Of a stretch of 64,000 nucleotides of DNA, positions 52,139 through 64,000 are shown in pieces. Location of the stretch: positions 119,474,001 through 119,538,000 of the forward strand of contig OX597819.1 of assembly GCA_951406725.2 (NCBI GenBank), written 5' to 3'. The translations under genes were made by a program, and so were the position numbers. Below the pieces are notes generated by a model. It did not search any database. It had not been told where the DNA came from and was given only the letters and a program-made list of their open reading frames with translations. The number at the start of each line of letters is the position of its first letter. The first letter of the stretch is position 1. The DNA comes from Octopus vulgaris (Eukaryota).

Positions 52139-53317
52139 CATCATCATCATCATCATCATCATCATTATTGTTGTTGTTGTTGTTATCATCACATCATTAA
52201 ATAATGTAAATAATGTACATAATTCCTCATCTCTTAGATATAGAACTGTAGTTGTAATATATTTGTGACACATTTCAACTGCTAAAAGATGCACCTAATA
52301 CAGGCAACTCTGAAGGAACTTAGAAAGCTATAACTTTATGCATATTCAAGTCAATACATTGACTGATTTACGCCAGTAAAACTTCCATTCGAGGTAAACA
52401 AGAAGCGCGATGGAGAGTTTATATATGAGCAGAATTGAGGTTAGTTGAAGTATGTTTGAGACACGTTTGAACTGCTAAAAGGCAAATACTCTGCAGTTAC
52501 CGCGGATAATGAATCTCTCTTATGGTAAAAGGGTGTGAAAACACCGGGTCATTCAGTGTCGCCGTCTATTAGGAATCTCAGACATCGCTGTTTGGAGGTA
52601 TTTTTGCTATATTCCATTTTAAAGTGAATGTTAGGGCCTATACTATTTAATTTGATTTAAATTCCAAAAGTTTATTTATGGTCTCATTCCAAATCATAAA
52701 ACAGACATCCAGATATATTTTCCAGTTCTCTCTAAAATAATGGCGAAATGGATATCCATATTTTTGCAGCGATATTTCATATATGGTGAATTCAAAATAT
52801 ATCATTAATAGGTTCGCAAGAGCAGGGGCTTCTTCTTTGCCATCGTAATTCCCAATTTTTGTCGATAGTAGATGTCATCAAATAGGAAATAATTGTTCTG
52901 CTGGATAAATTGTAAAGTTTCAATAATAAAAAAAACCTGGGTTCTCTGAGGTTCTTCCATGACTATGTAATAGAATCAATGAAAGTACGACGAAGAACTT
53001 CCGGACGCATATACCAGGTTTTATTACATAATTCCATCTCACTACTTTAGCTTATTAATTTTTGTATGTCTATTTATCCCACCCCAAAAATGAGCAATTA
53101 CCTTCCCTGTCCCGAGTAACAACTATCACCAATTGCCTCCCCTTAGATTTTTCTACTCTTTGATTTATTCACAAACTTTCATACAAAACCCTGGACTAAA
53201 ATCTTCTTAAGAAAATACGACTTAGAATAATTTTAATGTCATGATTAGCAAAAGTGAAACTGGTCGACAGCCACGATACCCTTTCATTGAAATTATGTAA
53301 ACTGTGTGTATTTTCCT

Positions 53318-53397
<80 letters not shown>

Positions 53398-53404
53398 CAA
53401 GGAC

Positions 53405-53730
53405 CATGCGTAGTTGTGTTGCCGGGAGCTTGCCTCACACTCACTTGGTTCTGAGTTCAATCCCACTGCGTGGCCCCTTACGTCCCCTCGGGTTGACCGA
53501 AGACGTTTTTAAGGAAATCTGCGTTTGGCCCCCACGACCGCTTAATAACCGGCGTTGGTGTGTTTTCTTCCCGGCAACTTAGCGGGCCGCAACATTGAAC
53601 AATAGAATAAGTACCAGGATTTAAATAAATATGTACTGGAGTCGATTCATTGATTCGGCAGATAATGATTCAAGCCGATGCCCCAGCATGGCTTTAGTGT
53701 CTAATATCCGTAATACATAAGATAAAAGAC
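53405..53730 (+). mobile_element. decayed SINE family B relative
   Basis: ggttctgagttcaatcccactgcgtggc head; aacttagcgg...aatagaataagtaccagg; gccgatgccccagcatggc tail. Confidence 0.65.
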
Positions 53731-55314
53731 ACGCTCATGTGCACACACGAATTTGATCTCATCAATTGGATTCTTATCTTAAGGATTTGACTGCGGTTTC
53801 ACGATTTCTTAGACATGCAAAAACTAATAAGCTAAAGCAGTGAGTTGAATTATGTAATAAAACCAGATTTATACGTTCCGGTAGTTCTTCGTGATACTTT
53901 TCCAGCCAAAATGTTATTGCTTCTCTTCCATAGATTTTTTATTATTGAAACTTTACAATTTATCCTTCGGAACAATTTCTTGGAATATTTGAATTGTTTG
54001 ATAGTGTGTAATGTAAGGGTAAGTTAGGAGATATTTTGCTAACTGTTAAAAGCTGAAAATCTATGAATTCGAAATCACAAAGTGAATGTAGAAGAATGGC
54101 AATGTCATACACACAAACATGAGTTTTGGGTGTCCTGAAAAGCTGATAACAGTAATTATTACAAAAAAATAGTAGGGAAAGAATAAAGGAGGTACATAGA
54201 AAAGTAGGAGCTGATATTTAAAAGAAAAGAAATAGAGATGATAGAAAAAAGATATGAGATAAAGACACAAGAATGAATGAAATGAATAAAGGGGGAAATG
54301 CAGAAGGAATGAGTAAACATATTTGAGTTTGTAAATTGTGTCCAGCAGATAAATGTCTGAGTTCTTTGTGTTGGCACAATAAGACGACGATCATTAAAAA
54401 AAGCGTGCTAAGTAGGGACAAGTCATAAATTGTAGTCACGTACACGCAAACGCAGACACACATGCAAGCCAATAACTCGGCCACTTTACATTCACAATAA
54501 AGATAACAAACACTCACACAAATATACTCCTACATAGACGCATACCTGTTGTGTGTGTGTGTGAATATATACGCTTTTTTCCACCATCCCTCCCCGCCAC
54601 TCACAAATACATTAACTTTGCAAGTATTTCTGTTCGTATAATGAGGTATATGAAATATTTCCCATTCTATAGAAAGCATGTGACGTCTCTTACAAACGCA
54701 TGACAAAGAAAAGCTGAATTAAAAGAAGAAATATATAATAAAACAAACACATCGGAAACCTGATGTTTAACCTGATGACGTTTAGTAGCAAGTACATCAG
54801 GACACACATTAGTTAAAAAGTACAACAGAAAGAATTAAAATGTCTTTAGACCCCGAATGGATTTTATTAATTAAAATTAAACGCATTCCATTGCATTCGT
54901 TTAAAGTAACGGGTAACTAGACACAGGTGATTCTGTGTCTATTTAAGTAGTTAAAATTAATTCTAAATGTAATTATTTCATGATTTCCCACTTTCATTGT
55001 GTATTTCATTTTTTGTTTGTTTATCTATTTTCTAATCATATAATAATTTCTAAACTAGTTCGTTTCTAAACAATACGTGCGAATTGATGATGGTGTATCT
55101 GATTAAGTGTTTTCTTCTTCATATAATTTTGTGAAATCCAAAAGAAGCTGTGTGCGTAAATTTCACGACTCTAGAATGTGATTTTGCGTTATTTCCAATA
55201 AATGAAATTGGCTTATACAGTTGGTTTCGCTTTTCTAAATATATTATTTGCACCCGTCTTTACTCTGGAAAAGCTCAACTACCTGGAAAGTGTCATACAC
55301 ATCTATTTGGTATA

Positions 55315-55466
55315 TACTAGGCTGTGCTGAAATGTTCCTCGCTTTAGGTAAAATTGTAGTAGGATCAGTTACGATTTTAATCAGTATATTCCAAACTCAG
55401 CTTCACACACTTTTTGCAGCTGTGTTTCGCGATACCCTTAAAGCCAGGAACTTTTCAGTAAGTATA
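55315..55466. mobile_element. mariner-derived MITE (same family as 23011-23231)
   Basis: TIR cores gctgaaatgttcctcgcttta / taaagccaggaacttttcagt. Confidence 0.65.
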
Positions 55467-55580
55467 ATTTGTATATTCATAAACGAACATAAAAAATGAA
55501 CTTCGTTTTATTCTATGTTTTGTAGCTGAAACATATTTCCTTTTCCCATCAGTAAAATGCCCAGACGGCACAAGGTAGTA

Positions 55581-55883
55581 TTGTTTGTTCCTTCTCGAGC
55601 CACGCCTGGTTCATAAGGCCGGTTTCCCGGTTTCCTTGGCGTATAGGTTCCCCTCCTGGTCGGGACGCCGGTCCGTCGCAGGTGAGCTGCAAGAAGCAGG
55701 AGGAAAGAGTGACAGAAAGTTGTGGGGAAAGAGTCAGCAGGAGTTCGCCATTACTTTCTGCTGGAGCCGCGTGGAGCTTAGGTGTTTCGCTCATAAACAT
55801 ACACATCACCCGGTTTGAGATTCGAAACCGCGATCCCTCGACTCCGAGTCCGCTGTTCTAACAACTAGGCCATGCGCCTCGAC
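55581..55883 (-). mobile_element. SINE family C head/body with V-domain-like tail
   Basis: Minus head gaggcgcatggcctagttg...ggtttcgaatctc; body as in 24288; tail cctgcgacggaccggcgtcccgaccagg...ggaaaccgggaaaccgg. Confidence 0.85.
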
Positions 55884-56176
55884 ACAAACTAGTATAGTGT
55901 TTTCGAAAACCTAATTTATCCTGAATATCCAGGGTGAAATGGAACGCATTCACGTGATGACTTTTTCTTGTCAGTTTTTAAAATAATAGAATCTCCTGTG
56001 TGTGAATTGCACTTGCAGAAATTCTCTTTCTGACGAACACCATTATACTACTTTCATAGTCAAACACGTAACGAAACAAACTGGCACGAAGGCGCGCACA
56101 CACAAACACATACTTACACATATGTACATAGATGTATGCACGTATAGATATGTATGTATATATACGTGCGTGTTAA

Positions 56177-56405
56177 GGCGGCGAGCTGGCAGAAACGTTA
56201 GCACGCCGGGCGAAATGCGTAGCCGTATTTCGTCTACCGTTAGGTTTCGAGTTCAAATTCCGCCGAGCTCGACTTTGCCTTTCATCCTTTCGGGGTCGAT
56301 AAATTAAGTACCAGTTACGCACTGGGGTCGATATAATCGACTTAAATTTGTTTGTCTGTTGTTGTTTGTCCCCTCTATGTTTAGCCCCTTGTGGGTAGTA
56401 AAAAA
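56177..56405 (+). mobile_element. full-length SINE family A, young tail
   Basis: Matches 2537-2766; TSD-like atatatacgtgcg at 56158-56170 and 56408-56420. Confidence 0.9.
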
Positions 56406-56694
56406 ACATATATACGTGCGCGTGGTGTGTGCGCACATCTGAGCGTATATATATAGATGTATGTATATGTGCATAAATGCAGTTATATAGGAGCAGGTGC
56501 GACTGTGTGGTAAGAAGCTTACTTCTAAATCACATAGTTCTAGTTTCAATTCCACCGCGTTGCTCCCGCTGCAAGTGTAGCACCTATAGTTATAGGCCAC
56601 TAACTTGGATGCGTGGTTACGTGTAAGGTGCGTCCGTGCACATCCCTGTATGAAAGTAAATTAGAATAATTCAGGCAGATTCAGAGATGGCTGT

Positions 56695-56951
56695 CATCTG
56701 AAAAGATCAGGCAACCCTCGGGTACACACATGCACACACACACACACAAACTCACACACACACAAACACAAACACTCACACACACACAAACACTCACACA
56801 CACATACACACACACGCACCTGAAAAGATCAGGCAACCATCAAACACACACTTGCACACACACACAAACATACTCGCGCACACACACACAAAAACTCACA
56901 CACAGAAACACTCACACACAAACACGCGCGCACCTGAAAAGATCAGGTAAC
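56695..56951. repeat. three copies of a ~22-bp motif separated by CA-rich spacers
   Basis: ca(t/c)ctgaaaagatcagg(c/t)aac at 56695, 56817 and 56931. Confidence 0.85.
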
Positions 56952-57719
56952 AATCAGACATACACATGCACACACACACACAGACACACAGACACAGACA
57001 CACACACAAACATGTACAGAGAGAGGGTTGGTGGAAACGAAAGAGATTGTATTTATTTCTTTTCGAAAATGTTCATTTTCGTTCCTTTGAAAACTATGAA
57101 TGGTTGTTTTCGCCCATGCATCTCCAAACGGTGTATAGTATTGATTTCAACGTTTGGCAAAAGACTAGTATTTTTAAGGGGCGAGGTAAGTCGATTACAC
57201 CAGCCCTAGTGCTCCAATTGTTCTTATTTTATCCACCCAGAAAGGATGAAAGGCAAAGTTGACCTTGGTGGCGTTTGAACTCCGAACGTGGCGTCGGTAG
57301 GAATGTACATAATCATGTATCCTGGCGTGGCAACTTTACTAGCACACTGCAGTTATAACACAACATAATATTGATTTTGTCGTGATAATCAGTAAAATAC
57401 AAATTATCCTGGTAAATTTGAATTGAATTTATGGAAATATATTCAAATACTGTTTAATATCAAAAAGGTCATAGACATATAAAAATAAAGACAGCGAAGT
57501 TGAGCAGAAGCCCTCACACACAAACACACCGATTTTCAACTAAGAAAATTACATTTAAACATAGTTACATTATTGAATGTAATATTGAATGTAATATAAT
57601 AATATAATTTAAAAGTTCTCAATCTTTGAAAGCCTTGTGAACCACTACACAGACAGCAAAATAATTTCTAAAGATATTTAATAAAAATGAATATTTGACG
57701 TGTATATGTATTCAAAATG

Positions 57720-57916
57720 TGACCGCGTGTGTACCGTTTGCGATTTTTTCCTCTCTCTTCTCTTCTCTGGATCTTTCCTTCTCCTATGTTTCCGACGAAG
57801 AACTCCGCTCGAAACGTTAAACCCTCCTTCTTTCCTTCTTTCCCGAGCGTCTAATAATACTATATTTGTTCCACGTCCTCGCGTTGTTGTGTTTTTTTGT
57901 GCTTTCTTGTTTGGAT

Positions 57917-57920
<4 letters not shown>
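57720..57920 (+). mobile_element. HHR mini-element ending in (TA)n (motif at 57788-57822, CCGACGA core)
   Basis: gttt-CCGACGA-a-gaac(tcc)gctc-GAAA-cg-TT-aaac, followed by ttcccgagcg and a pyrimidine-rich tail as in the 59692 family. Confidence 0.65.
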
Positions 57921-57975
<55 letters not shown>

Positions 57976-58008
57976 ATGTATGTATATATGTATGTATGTA
58001 TGTATATG

Positions 58009-58061
<53 letters not shown>

Positions 58062-58180
58062 ATGTGTGTGTGTGTGTGTGTGTATGTGTGTGTATGTATG
58101 TATATGTGTATGTATGTGTGTGTTTGCGTAGGTGTGTATGTAGTTATATATACGAATTATGCATATACATTATATATATA

Positions 58181-59600
58181 CATACCCTTGGCCATAAGTA
58201 TTAGGCCACCCCAATGTTTTAGGATCCTGCTATTGCAATGTTAATAAAACTCATGCACATGATAGATTATGGTATATTTTACAATATACATTAGTTTTAA
58301 TATCTGGTTGACCCTCCTTTAGCATCTGTTACTACTTTTATACTGTACTGTTCACATGCAACCAATTATGAGTAACGCCCACGTCCAAAATGAACTTATG
58401 TTTCATTGATTATTTCAGAGTTTTATGTTAAAATACATTGTGGATACAGTTAATAAACATTAAAATGCCTAAAACAAGGGAGCCGAGTGAGTGTGAGCGA
58501 GGTCAAATCGTAGCTCATTAGGAAGATAGATTGTCTCAAAGGCAAATTGATCCGAAGATGAAATGTTCTCGATGTACGGTGCAAACGACTCTCAAGTATT
58601 CCAGAGAAACAGACGATATGAAGACAATACAAAAAAAAAAAACAGGCAGAAAAAAGGTTACTTCACGTTGTAATGACAGCTCCATCATCCGTTACTGCCT
58701 CAGAAACAGATGAAAATCATCATCAGAGCTCTGTGCGGAGTTCAACAAGGCTAGTACTTCACAAATATCAACCAGAACTGTTAGAAGAATGCTCGTAGAG
58801 TGCGGTCTGAACACCTGTAAAGCCAGGAAGTAGCCGTGGGTTTCTGAAGCGAATATGGAAATATGTTTTCAGTGGGCCATAAACCACTGAAATTGGACCA
58901 GTGAGCAATGGTCAAAAGTCACATGATCTGATGAAAGTAACTATGAAGTAAGATAGTACATATATTCAATCAACATTAAAACTTAATGTAACTGTTTTGT
59001 TGCCCAAACTGTATAAAAAGTATCCAACATAAAGCTAATACTATTTTTCAAGTTTTTACTCAGGTTTTCCGTACATGTGCAACTTTTGTACGTCGCAGAA
59101 TTGGGGAAGCATTTAATGCTGAATGTCTGGTACCAACCGTAAAACGTGGTTTTATCATGATGTGGGCCTGCACGTCTACCATGTCACGGAAGGTTGAGTT
59201 CAGTTATCTATGTTCATATGTTAACGGATGCTTTAGAGCCATCAATTGCTAAATTGCATCCAGGAATGTCGGAAAACAGTGTTATCTTTCAACATGACGT
59301 TGCACGCCATACAACAAAGAATACTCATCAATGATTTGAGACACAGGGTATTGTTCCGATGGACTGGCCAGCTCAAAGTCCCGATTAAAATCCGATCGAA
59401 CAACTAAGGGGGAACTTTTGGTGAAGCTATCAAGAACACAACAATCAAAAATAAAGAGCATTCGTACCAAAATTTGAGAGAAGGATGGAGTAAAATTTCT
59501 TCTAACACCTGCAAGAAACCAGTTGATTCAATGCCTAACCGTATAAAAGAAGTAATGATGCTAAAGGAGGGCCAGTCAGATATTAAAACTAATGTATATA
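58181..59600 (+). pseudogene. Tc1-family (DD34E-type) transposon with an intron-containing, decayed transposase (58465-58947, 59064-~59586)
   Basis: Left TIR-like catacccttggccataagtattaggccaccc after TA; MPKTRE...LSQRQI...CSRCTVQ...TGRKKVTS...ISTRTVRRML...SDESNYE | VFRTCATFVRRRIGE...CLVPTVKRG...IFQHD...DWPAQSPD*NPIE...KGGPVRY; several stops; right TIR not found. Confidence 0.9.
58948..59063 (+). other. 116-bp phase-0 spliceosomal intron in the Tc1 transposase
   Basis: GAA|GTAAGA donor, CTAAT branch-like motif at 59035-59039, tttttactcAG acceptor; removal restores contiguous Tc1 homology. Confidence 0.8.
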
Positions 59601-59691
59601 GTGAAATATACCACAATCTACCATGTGCACGAATTTCATTAACACTGAGATAACAGAATTCCAAAAACCTTGTGTTGGCTATATATATATA

Positions 59692-59832
59692 TTGTGTATC
59701 TTTCTGTTGAAGAGCGTAGGCTCGAAACGTAAAAGACTTGTTTTATTTCTATTCCTGAGCGCCATACTAATACAATTGTTTGTTTGTATTCCACCTGCCT
59801 TCGTCTTTTGTTTATTTTCATAAAGCTTCCCG
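59692..59832 (+). mobile_element. HHR mini-element in (TA)n (motif at 59699-59736, CTGTTGA core)
   Basis: tcttt-CTGTTGA-a-gagc(gtag)gctc-GAAA-cg-TA-aaaga; perfect stems I and II; TA tracts on both sides. Confidence 0.78.
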
Positions 59833-59869
<37 letters not shown>

Positions 59870-62244
59870 AATAATTTGGGAAAACAAATTTCCAAATCAA
59901 TCAGGTGTAACCGTACAGCGTTATATGCATCCACATATCGTACTTCGGGGTCTTATTTATTATATATTTATATTAATCTATAAATATAGAAAGTATCTGA
60001 TAAAAGCCAATATTCAATTTTGGGGGATTAGTCAATATGCGGGTATTCTATTTCAGATAATACAAAAATAACCTAATGAGTATATCTGACTGTAAACTCA
60101 TGGTAAACTCATATACGAGTATATCTGACAGTAAACTCATAATTTACTCGAGTTTTCTTTTTTTTATAATTTTTCGTCGCTCTTCTTTCTCTCAGTATTG
60201 ATACATGTATTCAACGCCCATAATCTGTTTTTATCTTATCTGTAGATTTTCTCATTGACATCATTGATGTTCAGCGCATTTGTGCTCAGTGATTTTGACT
60301 CTCCTACATAAATCTGTCTTTCCTGATATATTCATGTCTCATGAAATTGTTAAATTCTTTTTCATTTTATTTCGCAGTTAAACTTTTTTTTGCACCTAGA
60401 AGAAAGTTCGTAGTGTGATAATTTGAAGCACAGTAAAAAATATATATATAAATAAAGGATAATAAAATATAATGGATCGTTACAACTACCTTTGATGTTT
60501 TACAGTCCAATCTACCGCCCTGTTTAAATGAAGATCGAAAGTGATAATGTTTATCTTCGTAAAAGTGTTAGCGATAGATGAACTCAAGTATTTATCTCGC
60601 ACATATATGCGCGTTACTATTTTTACACATAGAAGTAAATCGATCATACTTTTCGTTATTTTGCATTCGTGATAATTTTATCACCGTTCAAAGGACTTAT
60701 TTTTATTACGGCTTTTGCGAATCAGACTAGGGCCTTAATGGCGAATCATGATTTATTCATTAATGAATGTTGGCAAAAATTTAATGAAGATTCAAGTCAT
60801 CTTATCCCTGTATAGAATGAGCTGAAATTTCTTGAAATCCATTAATCTGCGTTGAAAACTGAAGAAAATCAGTCGAAAAGACGCATTTCAAATTTACGAA
60901 GAAATTTTGTTTCTGCCTCGTGTTAAAGGGATCAACAAAGAGGCTGTCACTCCCCAAAATAATACTGATAAAATTGTTCATTCTTATTGTTATATTATTT
61001 GAGAGAATGATTAAATTAAAATTAACTGGTTTCCGACAGAGCAAGAATCTTTTAAATCACAAACAACGTATATTACGCGGTGGCAGATGCTACTTAAGAC
61101 AGCGCCTGTGTCAATTTTATGTTATTGATAAGTGGTTTGAAATATGGCTAGTTTACTGATGTAATATTGTTCAATGCAGCTGGGCCTCTCGACGGAACAG
61201 ATTACAACACTCTTTTGAATATAAAACCTAACATTTGAAACTGTGAAAGCTACTGCAGCGGATTTGGTATTTTAAGGGTAAATGAATTCAACATTTTGTA
61301 ATCCAACCAATCTAAGCAACCCACAAAAGAGCTTAGGATTGTCGCCTAATGCAAAAAATGAGGATTGCTTCTCTTAGCAAAGTGATGAAAAAGAGAAAAT
61401 GTGGAAACATTAGATAATATAAACTTCGGAAAATGAAATACTGAGTATATATTCGCTACGAATTGGAGTGTTACCTACACAAGGGGATCTAACAAGTAAC
61501 AAAAATCAGCAATAAACTTGTTACTACACAAAAAACAATATTCAACATATCTACGTAGAAAAAAAGAAGAAAAGCAGACTCATATAAAAACTAAATTAGC
61601 TTCCTTTGTGCGAGTTTGGAATGGCGACAAAATACTTTCTGAGGTTTAAACGAAAATATCAACATAAGCATGAGATTGCAACTGGCGGCGAAGAGAGAAT
61701 TTAAGATAGGCCGCGCAATATGGGTTTACAATTTCAAAAAATTCTCCAGGCTAAAGACAGTAACGCCAACATTCTTTTTTCCTGTAAAATTACCAGGTTT
61801 CACTTTAAATATTATTTTACATGCACGCTCTCTATAAATAAAAATTCCTCATGATCATCAATACAATCGAGAAAAAAAATTAAGGAAAGATGGAATTTGA
61901 TGAACTGGAGTACCTTAAAAAGCACAGGCATTTCTGCAACGCTGCTGGTTGTGATATCCATTTACAAAATGCAACAAAAAAAATTCCAGCAGTATTAGCC
62001 AAATATTTTCAGCATGAACGTTGCGAATCATAATACTAAGAGCCACTTGCAACAATGTCATCGAATAGAAGAAAATAGCGCAATAGTAGTCATGCCAGAA
62101 GAAAATTACATCCATGTAAAAAAATTGTTTGTGATATGATACAATGAAAATTATAGTAAGTTTCAGTCAGTTGAAATATATTATAAGGCAAATATTCAAT
62201 AGAATCTGAAACACAGCTGCAGAATTTTATATGCATATATATAC

Positions 62245-62389
62245 ACTTTTACTCTTTTACTTGTTTCAGTCAGTTGACTGCGCCCATGCTGGAGCACCGC
62301 CTTTAGTCGAGCATTCTATCGGTCTCTTTTGCCGAACACACCAGCATCGGTTGTCAAGCAATGCTAGGGGGACAAACACAGACACACAA

Positions 62390-62422
<33 letters not shown>

Positions 62423-62592
62423 AACATATATACCACAGGCTTCTTTCAGTTTCCGTCTACCAAATCCACTCACAAGGCATTGGTCGGCCCGGGGCTATAG
62501 CAGAGACACTTGCCCAAGATGCCACGCAGTGGGACTGAACCCCGAACCATGTGGTTGGTTAGCGAGCTACTTACTACACAGCCACTCCTGCA

Positions 62593-62594
<2 letters not shown>
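62245..62594 (-). mobile_element. SINE family B with two internal deletions
   Basis: Matches 10268-10677 except for missing blocks after gtcgagca and after gccgaac. Confidence 0.9.
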
Positions 62595-62643
<49 letters not shown>

Positions 62644-63133
62644 AGTATACTAAATGTATATATTGATATGTAAATATATATGTATATGCATATATATATG
62701 TGTATATCCATGTGTACATATATGTGTGTGTGTGTTTGTGTGTGTACGTGCATATTTTTTAATTTCTTTTCGAAAAACATTTTGAATATGCGAATAAAGC
62801 CATGTATGCTTTTACGCTGGCCACAGTCTGATGATTCTGACCGGTGAACCAATATTTGGCGTTGCATCGTGCTATACCGATACAAAGTAAGATAAATATA
62901 GTGTTAATAACAATAATCCTTGGATGGGATTTATAAAAATTCAATGCGTCCCTACACGCGTTGACAAATGTCGTTTTAGGCTATACCCGCTGCGTTAATT
63001 TATCTGTATGTACACAAGACACACACACACACATATATACACACACACACATGTATATATATATATATATACTTATATATATATGTGCAAGCACATATAT
63101 AAATTTATACTTACTATATTAAAATTTTTTATC

Positions 63134-63174
63134 TAGTTTCAGCTCACGAACTGTGGCCACGCTGGAGCACCACC
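63134..63174 (-). mobile_element. ~40-bp isolated CR1/SINE-B-type 3' tail (a SINE-B tail-only insert also at ~37300-37358)
   Basis: Minus: ggtggtgctccagcgtggccacagttcgtgagctgaaactagat. Confidence 0.7.
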
Positions 63175-63190
63175 TATACACACACACACA

Positions 63191-63268
<78 letters not shown>

Positions 63269-64000
63269 TGTATATATATATATATGTGTGTGTGTATGTA
63301 ATTATATAGATAGTTAAATAGATAGATAGATATAAATAGCCATTTCTCTCTCTCTACATATACATATATATATATGTGTGTGTGTGTGAAGGTATAGTTA
63401 CAAATATATGAAATATGCATATACATACATCGATAAATACACATGTGTGTGTGTATATGTTTATTTGCGATATTTGTTTTCATTCTCTATATAGATTTTT
63501 ATATAAGTTTTTGCGCCTGTATGTATTCCTGTCTTTGTGTCCGTTACTGCGTTTATTTATCTGCATTGAGAGAGAACTTCCATTGATATTTACACATCAT
63601 GCCTATTAATTTAAAGAAGCTTTTAAATATAGAGATATATTGTTGATAAATCGAATACTATTATAAATGCATTTGGAAGCTATGTTTAGATGGAAATGAA
63701 TATGGCGTATGAAGAACATGGATTCTCTAATACAATTGCATCGAATGTATTATGAAATAAATTGATTATTTTAGCGTTTATTTCTTTTGTACATTGTAGT
63801 TTTGTTTTCTTTTTCTTCCATATTTTTAGTAATAGTGTATTATTTGTTTATTTATTTGTGTATCTATTTAGTACAAATTTTTTTGTTTAATTTTCATTTC
63901 GCTTTTAATTGTAATTTTTTTTTACATATTGTTACAGAGAACTGTTAAATGGAGTGTTAAATGTTACATGCGACAATTATGAAGGACACTCATGGTGGTG

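Noticed and set aside
56695-56951. CRISPR-like repeat-spacer appearance
   Set aside because: Eukaryotic context, only three repeats, long low-complexity mutually similar spacers, no cas genes.
58928-58934. CTGATGA matches here and at ~28726, ~54777, ~56030, ~62828
   Set aside because: No compatible GAAA/stem architecture; this one lies in the SDE codons of the Tc1 transposase.
61915-62115. Possible host exon on the minus strand (hydrophobic stretch, AAG|GTAC donor-like site near 61912)
   Set aside because: No recognisable domain, ambiguous frame, weak donor and no partner exons; needs RNA-seq or BLASTX.

Overview
AT-rich, repeat-saturated eukaryotic (animal) genomic DNA. I can recognise no host protein-coding gene; almost all short ORFs in the track are microsatellite read-throughs. 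The repeat families and extreme (TA)n/(CA)n density resemble a coleoid cephalopod (Octopus-like) genome (inference). Transposon content: two young 5'-truncated CR1-clade LINE copies with open RT frames, one nested antisense inside an older CR1; three R4/Dong-like (RLE) non-LTR remnants, two at (TAA)n; several mariner/Tc1/maT remnants and MITEs, including a Tc1 transposase gene with a spliceosomal intron; many tRNA-derived SINEs of at least four modular families. The most striking unannotated signal is about a dozen minimal type-I hammerhead ribozyme (HHR) motifs from about eight sequence-distinct, non-coding mini-elements, most lying in or next to (TA)n tracts. Two form long head-to-head palindromes, one is a terminally redundant ~790-bp unit, and several carry recurrent non-canonical catalytic cores. 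They look like Penelope-like element (PLE) pseudo-LTRs or retrozymes. A second notable signal is a 3' motif with a fully covarying stem-loop shared by three CR1 lineages and a SINE family. Coordinates were counted by hand and element boundaries may be off by a few bases.
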